Below, in pieces: positions 12,968 to 25,900 of a DNA stretch of 64,000 nucleotides. Position numbers and translations under genes: made by a program. Source of the stretch: Trichoplax sp. H2 (Eukaryota). The stretch's first letter is position 1. Every line of letters begins with the position of its first letter. The stretch covers positions 1 to 64,000 of the forward strand of contig NOWV01000272.1 of NCBI GenBank assembly GCA_003344405.1, written 5' to 3'. The notes under the pieces are model-generated. The model worked only from the letters and a program-made list of their open reading frames with translations. It was not told the origin of the DNA and made no database searches.

Positions 12968-14127
12968 TTGTTTATGACGTTATAGCAGGATGGGTGCATA
13001 TTTAGGTTCTATGAAGATTAAGACAATGGAACTCTCACAGTTTATTGTACACCACGTAACAAAATCAGTTACTAACCGTATTAAGCTAGATGATTGAGTA
13101 CATTGTTCTAGCTACATTTTCAAGCTTTATGCAATATTGTAACGAACGTTCAATGTTACGTAGATGAGAATTTTCCATATCTAATGTACATGATTGTTTG
13201 CTATTGTGGCTTATCGTTTGCATTAGCTTACCTTTTAAAGAGCTAATGCTAGAATATTTTTACAGTAGCATCACATTAAATCCTAACTTGATTGACAACG
13301 TGTTAAGGCAGGTCTTCGTGAAGACCTTTATTATTTTATCTTAATCTTCACATATATTTTATTGTACTATTGCAATGAATAGACAAACATAAGCCGTGTT
13401 ATTCAAGCACAACTTATGAACCCTATCTTAAATAAAATTATAAAATAATATAGCAGATGGTTGAAGATATTTGCAGGCATTTACGACTACCGAGTTCATC
13501 AATAAATTACCAATATTCATCATACACGTTTATCAATGAAACGCTTAGGTAAAAGAATCGTAGCATAATGTAGGATGGGCCCTTTTATGTACATATTGAT
13601 CTTTAAGTGCGCATTTGCCAAAGACTAGCTCTATATCGGTGAAAGCTTACAGTAATATCTGATCTATTATTTATAAATGTATTTAAAGTACTCGATTTTC
13701 CTTTAATAGCATAAGTTTAGAAGCAACAGTGATAGTATTATTTTGTGGAGTAAATTATTATACACGACTGACACGAATCAGATATTTTTAATTGAAAGTG
13801 AAACGATCATCATACATGTAGATCGTGCATTACTTTTCGTAAAATAAATATTATAACGACAGTTGTCCTCATGTTAAAAGTCAATTACTTCTTAGATTAA
13901 TACTGTAGATTAGTAATAATATTTCGTTGAAAATATAGCCAAATTATAGAATAACTTTTCATCTGAATAGGTAGAGGTTAACAGTATATTCATGCCAATG
14001 AGCAGTAAGCCGCAAGGTTTTTGTTCCCAAAATACTTATATAAACTTTGTGGAGACAATTCATGATCTCTATCGAGTATGCCACTCCTTTCAGACGGTTT
14101 TCAAAGGTTCGCATACTTGCTATGTTT

Positions 14128-15675
14128 CTACTCCTTTTTTTTAACGGTTTCATCAATTGCTCGTTGATTACGATTCTTTATAAGTGATCCACCGGCATAC
14201 CCAGCAAGTCCTCCAGCAACACCCGCAGCTAAACCCAAAAGTTTAATCCCGCTATAGACTGCCACAGCTGGTCCTCCAACAGCAGCACCTACTACAGCAC
14301 CCGTTACTGGAATTAACGCATACTTATACTTTCCGGCCTGAAAATAAAGGAATCGTTCAGTTGAAATTAATCGCTCCAAGGTTAAGAATGAGGTAAGCTG
14401 GACGATACCATGATCGCGTGATTACCTGAGCTAGACTCAAATTGCCCCGCTGAAGGTTACTTTGAGTACAATCTATATTATCAGATATCGATTCGATCGT
14501 TTCGCCTTGTTCCTAAATAAATATAGAGTTATCCAGTAAGGTCTCTAAGCTCGCAATATGTAGGAAAAGATAGGCTTACTCTTAACATCGTGACATAAGT
14601 TTCGGATAGCTCCTTGACTTCTAATAAATTCTAATGTAAATTTATGAAAATAATTTAAAATAAGTCTCCAAATAAAGCCACAGTATTAAAGATAGATACG
14701 GCTGTTCAAGTACTAGGTCAGAAAGGCTATTTTGAACAATGAAAGTCCGAGTCACCTTTTCTAACTTCTCCCACGATGCTTTAATTTCCTTCCTGTCTTC
14801 TTCTATAATGCTTAATTGAATTTGTTCACCATTATCGTCTAATAAGAATTAGATTGATCAATTTGCTTGAAAGATTCATTGGAGAATGACAAAGTATACG
14901 AAGTAATAAATGTAATTTGAAATTCTATAAATAAATTGCTTACCATCGGCTCCGGTATTTCTGTGAATAGCTCTTTTACTAGCGGTTTTATCTTCTGATA
15001 CCTCATCTATTTCTCGTTTGATATCACTTTGGATAATTTCAAATGAAGCAATAGAATCAAATGCTTTTTCCTTAACAACTTTTACACGTTGGTCAAACTT
15101 GGCCAAGTCTTCATCTTTAACTTGACATCTAGTTTTATCTAACTCTTTTAGAGTTGCCTTGAGTTGCTAAATGCAATCAGATAATGACGTGTTGAATGAA
15201 AGCTAGAGTAAATTTCTAGCGCTAGAAGAGTGATACTAACTATTCATTAGTGACATGCAGCACTCTTGGTAAAAGAGACCGAGCAATACGCTAATACTAC
15301 TATGCCAAAGAGTAGTAATTATGCTACTTTCATTTCGTTTTAGAAATATAAAAGAAATACCTCAATGAATGAAAGTAGCAGTCGATATACGAGAAAACTT
15401 ACATTCAAGGTGTTGACAACATGTAGTTGTTCTCGACGAAGCCTGCCCCAATCGCCAATATCTCTAAACTAAGGGATATCAAAATGATTAACTTAATAAC
15501 AATTCTAATGATGGTACATAACAGAATATGTTATAATTACACGTATTACTACCTTGATTATGTTTTCCTTCTGCTTAGCCAATCGATCTAGATTCGTTGG
15601 AATGGCGACTTCGGTAAAAGCGTTTAGTGATCTTTCTATAACACGCAGTGAATATTTGTCCTCTGCCATAGCCAT
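14128..15675 (-). CDS. STX17: Syntaxin-17 (autophagosomal Qa-SNARE), 7 coding exons
   Basis: N-terminus MAMAEDKYSLRVIERSLNAFTEVAIPTNLDRLAKQKENIIK. SNARE motif EQGETIESISDNI. Twin glycine-zipper TM hairpin GAVVGAAVGGP...GLAAGVAGGLAGYAGG and a C-terminal KKKE. All introns are GT-AG and phase compatible. Confidence 0.92.
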
Positions 15676-16934
15676 ACTGAAAAATCGCCGTTAAACAATA
15701 CGTCGTTATCGCTAAGTATATCATCTCCATTTCAGAATTATACTCGTAGTTGAATTGAATTGAATGGTGTGCAATAGCATATCTGTATTACCTTTTCTCT
15801 GTTGGTGTAACACTGTAGATAATTAATTATAGTTGGGAAAATTTCTGGAAAGGAAAATATTATGTAGTATGAGAATTTTTGATAGCAAGAAATATAAGTA
15901 GAGACCATTCATAATTCGCAATAGGATTGCGGTCAGTAAAGCTAGCAATCAACAAGACAGAATTGAGGCTTGGTTATATGTATCAAGGTGACTGTAACTT
16001 TAATTAGAGAAAGCATTTTAAACCACTACTGTTATTCGTTCAATCTACCTCTTCTTTTCGCCATATCAACAGTAAAGTGGTGCATATAGCACCTTACATC
16101 GTGCAGAGTACAGTATAATATAGCAAGTGATCGCTGATGGATAATTTAACATAACATTTGCCTACAGTATACTGTACTGTACAGTATATCGATTAGTACT
16201 AGTAGTTTAATTGAGTCTGCAATAGACTGTACTCGTATCCAGTCAATTCAGTTTTGAATTAAGACACAAAATGTAACATGATTATTTGTAATGATGTTAC
16301 TTACAAGGTTAAAAAGGAATTCTTGCTTTCATCCGTAGTAAGGACCTACGTATGCTTTGCCAATCAGCCCAATCAATATTTTATCGTGTTGTGCTGCAAA
16401 TCGCCCCCAATCCAATCTTTGTCACAGTCTTGAGAGATCAACACGGAGATTTGTCTTAATGGATGAGATTTTTTGCGTTTACTTACAGAAGGTAATTTTG
16501 AATAATTTGAAGACTTGAAGTCGTTGTACCCATAGTCAAGAAACAGTTTATTAGAGTATTAATTTCTCCTACTACTGTATTGATATTTTCGATGTTGTAG
16601 TGCCACGCTGGCAGCCGAGTTCCTATCCCAACAGCCAAGTCAATATGAATTACCAATACTGTATAGGATTTGGTGTGACTAATAGCGTTCCAACTGATAC
16701 TAAGATTGGTGTTAATCAGTCTCAAGCAAATTGAAACCAAATGAAATGCCAGCGAATAGAAGAAAGAGAGAGACAGCAAGGAAAAGATTCTAACAATCGG
16801 AGCAATAAGCATAAAAAGAAGTTTGGCAAAATTCGACTATCTTGTAGTATCCAATCCAAGCGGCATTAGACCGGATCGTAAACACTTGTATGGGGCCTTG
16901 TTCAAAACAAAACAAATGGACGTCAATCCAGTTC

Positions 16935-17354
16935 AATCCACTTGCTATTGCGGCCCTCTATAGTAATCCTGTTGCTATTGCGGCCCTCTATAGTAATCCA
17001 GTTGCTATTGCGGCCCTCTATAGTAATCCTGTTGCTATTGCGGCCCTCTATAGTAATCCTGTTGCTATTGCGGCCCTCTATAGTAATCCTGTTACTATTG
17101 CGGCCCTCTATAGTAATCCACTTGCTATTGCGGGCCTCTATAGTAATCCTGTTGCTATTGCGGCCCTCCATAGTAATCCACTTGCTATTGCGGGCCTCTA
17201 TAGTAATCCTGTTGCTATTGCGGCCCTCTATAGTAATCCACTTGCTATTGCGGCCCTCTATAGTAATCCACTTGCTATTGCGGCCCTCTATAGTAATCCA
17301 GTTGCCTTTGCGACCCTCTATAGTAATCCTGTTGCTATTGCGGCCCCCTATCGT
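16935..17354. repeat. Minisatellite, 14 x 30 bp (AATCCTGTTGCTATTGCGGCCCTCTATAGT)
   Basis: Directly visible, with near-identical contiguous units and no spacers. A degenerate extra copy lies near 17510-17550, beyond a TACTG tract. Confidence 0.97.
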
Positions 17355-17701
17355 ACTGTAGTCCTGTTCCTATTACAGTACTGTACTGATGTACAGTACA
17401 GTACTGTAGAGCACTGTACAGCGTACAGTGTACTGTACAGTACTGTACTAGCACTGTCTGGCAGGGACCAGTTGATGAAGCTTCAGACCCAACTGTACCA
17501 CCTACTACACTATAGTAATACTGTTGCTCTTGCGTTACTCTATAGTATTACTGTACTGTAGAGATGTAGAGCACCGGACTAGCTGGGACTTCTTGATGAA
17601 CCTGCAGAAATTTTCTGTCGCAAGCTGTGCATGATAGAATTACTGCAGCCAATATCTCACCTATCACACGATTTACCATCAGTAGATTGGTGCTTGGCAT
17701 C

Positions 17702-18646
17702 ATGTCCAATTTATTATTTATCGACGAGAAAACTGTCCAATCTCTCCTTGATATTCGACAGCTTGTAGACATCATCGAGAGAGCATTAATTAATTTTTCC
17801 ATCAAGGCGGAAACCATAGCCCAACCTATTCGCACTGTTGTCAATATCCCATCTCAATCTGCTCATTTCTTTAATATGCCATGCTATTCACAACAAGATA
17901 ATGCGTTGGCAACCAAGTTAGCCTGTCTATTCCCTAATAACTACAAACTTGCTTTACCTACAATTCATGCTGTAATATTACTATTTGACTGCAACACTGG
18001 AGTTCCACAAGCGATCATTGACGCTGATTATGTGACTGAAATGAGAACTGCTGCTGCTTCGGCTGTCGCTACCAAATATCTAGTCAATGACAATTGCAAC
18101 ATCTTATGTATTATAGGTTCAGGGGCTCAAGCTCGCAGTCACCTGCTGGTGATGAAGGCGATATTTCAATTTTCAGAAATTAGAATATGTTCTCGAAGTA
18201 AAAGCAATGCTGAAAGGTTAGCTAAGGACACCAATACACATGCAGTAATCTATGATTGTGTACAAGATGCTGTTCAAGATGCTGATGTCATATGTACTAC
18301 TACCAATACTGTCGATCCAATTGTTTTTGAGAAGTGGATTAAGCAAGGAGCTCATATTAATGCTGTCGGTGCTTGTACACCTCAGCGACGTGAAATAGAT
18401 GGTGAATTAATGCGTAATGCTGTCGTTGTTGCTGATAGCCGAGAATCGGCTAAGAATGAGGCTGGCGATATTATTCTCGCAAATGCTTCGGTCGATGCCG
18501 AAATTGGAGAGATTGCATCTGGTAAAGTAACCATTGATACCAATCAAACAACAGTATTTGAATCTCTTGGATTAGCAATCGAGGATGCAGTCTGTGCACG
18601 TCTTATTTACGATCTTTATAATAGCCGTAATGTAACTACGTCATAA
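17702..18646 (+). CDS. CRYM: Ketimine reductase mu-crystallin / ornithine cyclodeaminase family, intronless
   Basis: The ORF from ATG 17702 contains MPCYSQQDNALATKL, TEMRTAAASAVATKYL, the Rossmann motif IIGSGAQARSH, GAHINAVGA and VFESLGLAIEDAVCARLIYD. Confidence 0.93.
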   Translation: MSNLLFIDEKTVQSLLDIRQLVDIIERALINFSIKAETIAQPIRTVVNIPSQSAHFFNMPCYSQQDNALATKLACLFPNNYKLALPTIHAVILLFDCNTGVPQAIIDADYVTEMRTAAASAVATKYLVNDNCNILCIIGSGAQARSHLLVMKAIFQFSEIRICSRSKSNAERLAKDTNTHAVIYDCVQDAVQDADVICTTTNTVDPIVFEKWIKQGAHINAVGACTPQRREIDGELMRNAVVVADSRESAKNEAGDIILANASVDAEIGEIASGKVTIDTNQTTVFESLGLAIEDAVCARLIYDLYNSRNVTTS

Positions 18647-21493
18647 TGACAATCTTTGCTCTCACAACCTAATGCCTTCCAGTTTTGTCATGTCTAAGTC
18701 TAAAATGCAGATGATATCGTCAATCGCAAACCTGACATGACTAATTGTCCGTACGCAACGCAAATTGTTATTCTTCGTATTCAGTATAAGAAATATCAGT
18801 TCTCTTGTCGTTCAAATTTCGATTCCTATGTGGATTGTTTTTGTAAAAATTATACTCTAAAAAATGGGTAAAATTATTCAATCTGCTGATGGAATCTCGC
18901 TGAAATGATATTAATGACGACGAATGGACGAAATTTGAACGTGATTAATTATTTAGAGCAATTTACAGTATAATTTATACGTGTATAATACTGTACGTTT
19001 TGGTCAACGATTTTTCAATTTTCTTACTAGCATTGGCACATAAAATTTTGACTATTTTAATATAATCTGTTATACGCTTTTAAAATCGACATACTTACAA
19101 TTAGAAGAATAAAAAAGAACTCGCATTGATTGTTACAATAATTTTAAAAAGTTTTGAATGTGTTAGTTGATTGATTTTGTGGCAGGTACCTGTACCATGT
19201 ATGCTACCACTACAAAGATACTGTTCATGCATCGAGTACTTTAAATGTAAAGCGCATTTATTGGAGTTATAAGTACAGTAATGTATATCTCCTTTATGGA
19301 TGTGATAAAGCGTCTTCTCAAAAATACAACAAGAACAGCAGTTTCTTGTAAACTTCACTTTATTACATAAGATTAGGTTCGTCTCAACTACCAAGGGCTA
19401 TCTAACTGCAATCAGACTATCTCTGCACTATCTGAATGATAATTGTCATTCACAATTTATATACAATTACAATGGCGTAACATGCACTTATGATATTATT
19501 ATAAATACCGCAGTATGGATACAGTATAGAGTCGTCGATGTCAACTATTCAGCCAATTCATTCTCACTAACATTTGAAATTCAAGAACTGTAAGATGTGA
19601 TAAATGCAAAGCGTTTGATGTTATAACAAGACGACTTTGATATAGTAATCGAATAGCTTTTAACTTAGTAAAGATAATTATTACTTTCAATAACCCATTC
19701 TAAGTAACGCCAAAAGTGTTAACTATATGATCATTTCTCCTTCTCACATCGTTACCGAGCAATTTTAAAAGTCTACAAATATACCACAGCGTTGACTTGC
19801 AAAAGATTAATTTATTTTTGAATTTATAGTTATTTTGATAGAATTATATCAATTGAAATTACGTACATTACCTGCTTACGATTATCGGGTTCGGAGATAT
19901 TGATCAACATTTAATAACACATTACAATAACTTAAATCACAAAGTAGATGACTGCAGTATACGCGTAATTTTATTTGGTTAATTGTGATATTCCTGTACA
20001 GCTCTACTGCATAAAAAATTTACATAATACGGTAAATACAAATTGCAAATAATTTCAATAGGAATCGAAAGTCAAAAATTAATTATATTAGTGGAGTCAC
20101 GTAATCAATTCTTTTATAATAGTGATAATAATACGAGTATGACATTATCATCTTTAAATACAGCAACTATATTACGACGATGCTTTTAATACATACTCGT
20201 ACAATTCATCAACATTTGACTTGCTGTGCGCTATTAGTAATAGTTGAATGCAGTATTTATACAAGCAAATTATAACTGGCTGCGAAGACTACGTAGTTAA
20301 AATGATAGCTGCAGCTTTAAATCTTCAATATGGATTAAATATTGTAATAAATCTGAGGATGAATACTGTCTTAACGCATAATTACAAGGTTAAGTTTAGA
20401 ATATTGGGAAACAATATTGAGTTCGTTCAGCTTACTATAGAGATTGAAAATTTTTTTAATTACTAGTTTGATACATTGTTAATTCTCCGATTGACTATTG
20501 TTATAATAGTTTAATAATCCTATTCGCAGCCAACAGTGACTGGCGCTATAAATTATTATATAATATCTTCGCTATCATAGATGAAGTTTCAGTATAATAT
20601 TAATAGTTAAACTTGAAATGATTATGTTACAGTAAAAATTATGGTCAATGCATAACGTATAACTTTGACCTGGCTTAAATAAGATAAAGAATTAGCTTAT
20701 ACATAACATAATAATATATGACCACACGTGTACCGTGATGCATTTTAATTCTTGATTTCTTAATTTAAGTGACCAACTGCACTGTCATTAGCATTTAGTC
20801 TTAAATTTCATATTCATGGATAGACTGGAATAAATAATTTCACATCTTATTTCAATCATCATACGAACATTATGATATATTTTAATACGAAATATTGAGG
20901 CCACATTTTGGCCATGACAATGAAATGAAAGTAATCCAGTATAGACATACAACAAAATGAAATCTATACTCTATACGATTGACTTTTACTCATATTATGA
21001 CTGCTCATACCTACACTACAATACAAGCGCTTAGAAATACTATAGTACCATCCGAATAGCTGCCATCATGATAATTTACTGTTAAACAATTAATATCCTA
21101 ATTTTTCTGTTAAGATATTATGCAATGGTATATCCTTCCCAAGGAACTTACACCAATGATATTAATCCAGTATCACTATTAGAACACGATTGGATATTGA
21201 CTGAAATAAGATAAAGTTTAGTACAATAGTTGTGATACGTTATTCTTAAAGTCTAATCTCAACAGCTATTTAGCGTATAGACGATAATCTTCATTTAAAT
21301 TTTATATTTCATGACTGTCTGAAGTATTCTATCCTCGGTAAAAACCTGCCAGGGAAATTTATATTACATTATCTCGTTAAAGCTATTTCTTATAGAAATC
21401 TGTATGGTAAAGAATTCAGATATGTAAGATATTCTATATAGCTCTATTTATTTGGCGTCGATAGGCATCAAGCTTTTAAAGTATAATTGTAAA

Positions 21494-22945
21494 TTAAGAT
21501 AAATCGATTCGAGTTGCCGATACTGATTGTGGGAAATTTAACTTTGCCACTTTTTCGTGAGTTGCCCATTTACATAACTTTAATCGAATTCGCCGCCTTC
21601 CAAAGATATAAATATAAGGACTAAGGATCGAATTTGCGTAGACAATACGACTAGTCCATAATTCTAGTATATGGATACCTTGGCCCAATAGCATATTTTG
21701 GCTGTCGAACAATCGAAGAGAGATAAATATCTGTCGTAAAAAGAAAAAGCGCGTCAACAGGAAAGGTCCATGATAAAACGATCATACTTTAGATAAAATT
21801 ACACGTAGAATAGCACGGAATATGCAAATTAACTGATAGGAAAATAATTGATTTGACTATTTAAAAGCAGTGAACTAGCCAAAAAGGACTTAACTAAGAT
21901 TGGAGTCATAATGCAACTTAACAAAATGCGATCAATTTTAATGAACTTAATTCTATAGGGCAGAATACTGCAAGCTAGTATAAATGGAGCTCAGTACATA
22001 AATTTCATCAAAGGAAAGACTATGAAAGTAAAATATAATATTTTACTTTTTTTGAGCGCATAGAAGTAAATAATCATGATTTTATTGTATTGGGAAGATT
22101 ATGATTAATAAACTAAATTTACCGTTATATTAAGTAAAATATAGACTAACCGTATGGGGCAACCAAGATACACAAAATGCCAGAGAAGTTAAAAGTAGAA
22201 TGCACGTCATTTCTTTTTCGTCACTCATTTGGCGTTTACCTTTACGCTTAGCCATTTGCCGACTCTCACGTCTTTTCATGGTCATTTTGTATAGCGCCAT
22301 GATAACAATACAGTTACAAGATATTGATAAAATAATACCAAAAAGATTATTAACAATAGTAACCCAAGCGAAAGCTTGATTGTCAGGACTGCCCCATTCG
22401 AAATTGCAATAGGTACATGGATAACGAAGTTTAATGGAATGTGGGCCAAATACTGGCAATAAAGAAACTACACCAGTATAAAGAGTTATTGCAAATAGTA
22501 CTTTATTTACGAAACCTAGAGCGAAATGTTTATCATAAAGAAATGGCCAGACAAACGATATTAATCGCTCTATGCTCGAAGTTACGATAACATGAAAGGA
22601 GAAATTTTGAAAGAAGTAACGCGATAATGCGTAATAGTAGCAACCAAATTCGCCAAAAACCCAACGTTTTAGCCAATAAGATGCAACACTTAGCGAATAT
22701 GTACATATTGCAACCATGGTATCTGCAAAGCAGGATGTAAATAATAGTAGAAGAGGTATACGTTTCTGATAACGAAATGATATCCAAGTTAAAACGCAGC
22801 CTAGTAAATTACTCCAGAAAATAGCTTGCTGAATAAATGTCCAGATGATGCCATTTTCAATTAAGATTTGATGTGTAACAGCGGTATTATAGCACCGAGT
22901 GTCTATCGATGTCAAATTGTTCTGCATCTTGGCTGTCGATATCAT
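21494..22945 (-). CDS. Rhodopsin-class GPCR, prostanoid-receptor-like, two coding exons (22945-22151, 21730-21494)
   Basis: Seven hydrophobic segments, TM3 SIERLIS, ECL2 RYPCTYCNF and TM6 CVSWLPHT followed by a phase-0 intron. TM7 reads TSRIVYANSILSPYIYIFGR. Confidence 0.88.
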
Positions 22946-25900
22946 GAAAATATTACCACATATATGTCAAGATATGCTGTTGGAATAAAATTAATTCTGG
23001 ATTACCTTGAAAAAATGATAATATTGCGTGTTTTTTCCTTGGCCAAAGTGGCCATACTTATAATTAATAGATTTTTATACCTTACTTAGTGACTGGCCGT
23101 CATCAATTGCATTGAATAATAAAAAGTGAAAATTAAAATTATAATTTTAAATAGATAAAGAGTTGAAATATATCTGCGTAGTTAACGTCGATAAGCGATA
23201 TGATATGTTCGACAGCTTCCTTTTCAGTATTTCATAATTACCTCATGCTGTTACTAAATTGAATTGAGAAAATCGCCGCTAACAATAGCTATAATATTAA
23301 TTAGAAGCATCCAAGAAATAGATTAATTGACCTGATGACGGCTGAAATAACAGTTAACATCGCTACGGTATCAACGGCTACAGACAATGGTAGTTAATTA
23401 TCCACAGCTTCCTCGAATACTATTATCGCCAACTTTGAATATATTTTTTAGAAAAATTAGCATATCATAGACATTTTAGTAAATAAGTTGTTATGATAAA
23501 GACAATAAAACATAATAATGACTATTCGACTAAACTAATTTAATACATTGCATTTGCTGTGTGATTTCTATGGCTATGAATATATATAATATTGCATATT
23601 GTATTAACTTAATGTGATAGATAAATCTTTTTAGGCCAAGTTTAAAATTTTTTTACTTATAGAACATCCTTCAAGTAATATGACAGTAACCCATTATGAT
23701 TATCATTGTTATTGTAGTTATGATTATAATTAATATTATTTCATAGTTAATATCCATAGAAAGAAGAAATAGAATTTCCACCTTTGCACGGTGTGTTCTG
23801 GTGTGCATGTAGAGTAAAAAATTAGTTACAATAAAGTAGTTCTTTTCTTCTTATCTAAATACGATGTGACTTCGGCATTTTAGATCTACTTGAAGTATTT
23901 TATAAGTTTTAGACAATAAATAATAAATTAAGCACTAACTACTCAAGGCTAAACCAACGTTTTAAAATCGATTTGATATTTTCTCAACTGTAAAGAACTC
24001 AATTCCGGTTTACTTTATTCTATATGTGCAATATTTTCTTAAAATTACACTAACTAATAAAATATTTACTCTTTACTACTATGTCGAATATATTAATAAA
24101 GTTGCTTGCATAAATTATGAGACGCGAGATTAAAAAGAATTCTTTCTAATTACAATAAAGCATAGACAATTAGACTTTAGTATACTGATATAAGGTAGGT
24201 GCACTTTGTACGATATCACTTGAAGTATGATAGACGTATATTATTAAATATAGCTCTTTAGATAATAAAACTACCCGCTTATTGAATCACGGGCTGTAAC
24301 CAAAAATGATTAAAGTGTTTACTTTAATACTTTGGCATAGAAGAAATAATAATGTTACCTTAAGTTACCGATGTCCTTGATTGGCAATTATTTGGTTTTA
24401 ATCTTATAACATCATGAGTATCTAGTGATTTATAACATAGCTATAGATGATTTATAAAATTTTTCAAATTAAAAGAATTAATTAATGTTTCTTACGTGGT
24501 TATAATAAACTATAAATTGATCGCGTAATTATTTCATAAATAAATAATGGCCTTTTAGCTACGGTGCCTTTTCGTTATTGCAGTGCATCAATTAATTAAT
24601 TGCGGAATATTTATTATAGCAGCTGTCTACTAAACTAATTCGGATGTCTGTCTATTTCCAATGTAAATCAGTAGTTTTAATTCAAATATTGATCTTACAG
24701 TAACAATAGCTCTTTTAAATCTTTATCAGAATAATATCATAAAATAAATAACATAGGGATTTTTGCGCAATAATTACGCATTGTCTTTTATAGGGTAAAT
24801 TTGATAAAGTACCAATTATTTCTACTTTAGAGTTGAAAAATAAGCTATACTGCCTTTGTTTTATTCGGAAGTTTAATTAAGTATGGAGGCTGAATACAAA
24901 CTCTGATTAACATGCAAGAAACATGTTAATGATGTTATATGATAATTTGTAATTCGAAAAATAGTCTATTTCTTTTTCGACCTAATGACCTATCAAGGTT
25001 AAAAATGGGTGTAGATGCTTCCGTAAAAAAATTTTTAAATTTTGCTAACATGATTTTACTCTTAACACAATTTAGAGGTCATTGGTGCATAGATTTGATG
25101 GTCCTGCGTAAATTAAAATGTAAGCGTAATAAGTCAACCATTTGGTACGTGATTTCTTCACATAGTTTAATATTAATAGCATAATAAAAAATATGAAATA
25201 TTATTTATAAACAACACCTGAATTATATACACCAGTAATTGATCGAGTATAATTTACACCTGATTTGACCAGATTATATACTAGCATGCTTGTTGAATCG
25301 ATCATAAAGTTTTCTTGTCAATAGGTTAATAATACTAATGTAGGTTTCGTAAGTCTAAACTATGGAGCAGAACTAAACATTAATAACTTTTTTTCTAACA
25401 GCTACCGAATATTACTATTGGTGACAACTCTGGATTATTTATAGATCAATATAGAGAATATCCGAAATGACTAGAACAATGCATCGTAATCATTTAATTT
25501 TCTTTTACTTTACACTTGTCTTTCTTTCTTCTTTTAAATCGCTTCACTTCTAATATGCCCTTACAAATATCATCAAATGGCACAAAATGCTGCTTCATAG
25601 GTTACAACTGCCTTCTTTGCTAATGCAATTATAAAATATCTAGCCAGTGGCATATTTAAGAGATAAAATTGTATTAAACAGCGTGCGAAAAAGCTGTCCA
25701 TTGCTAATTTGATGATAATAACCTGATCTTTTGAGACGCTCAATAACAGGATTAATTATCTTAATGTAATGGTTGTTGTTATCCATAAGGACGCGAAATA
25801 AGAACTTAAGGTAATTAAAGCTATAAATGAATAGATAAATTTTAGACTCCATTTGAAGTAGTACTTACGCGTAAAATTAGATTTGTTTTTTAATATGGAT

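Noticed and set aside
16935..17354. CRISPR-like array of 30-bp repeats
   Set aside because: The units are contiguous with no unique spacers, there are no cas genes, and the context is eukaryotic. It is a minisatellite.
17627..17701. N-terminal extension of CRYM in the ORF track
   Set aside because: The track starts at a GTG. Family similarity begins at ATG 17702 (MSNLLFIDE), which I take as the start.
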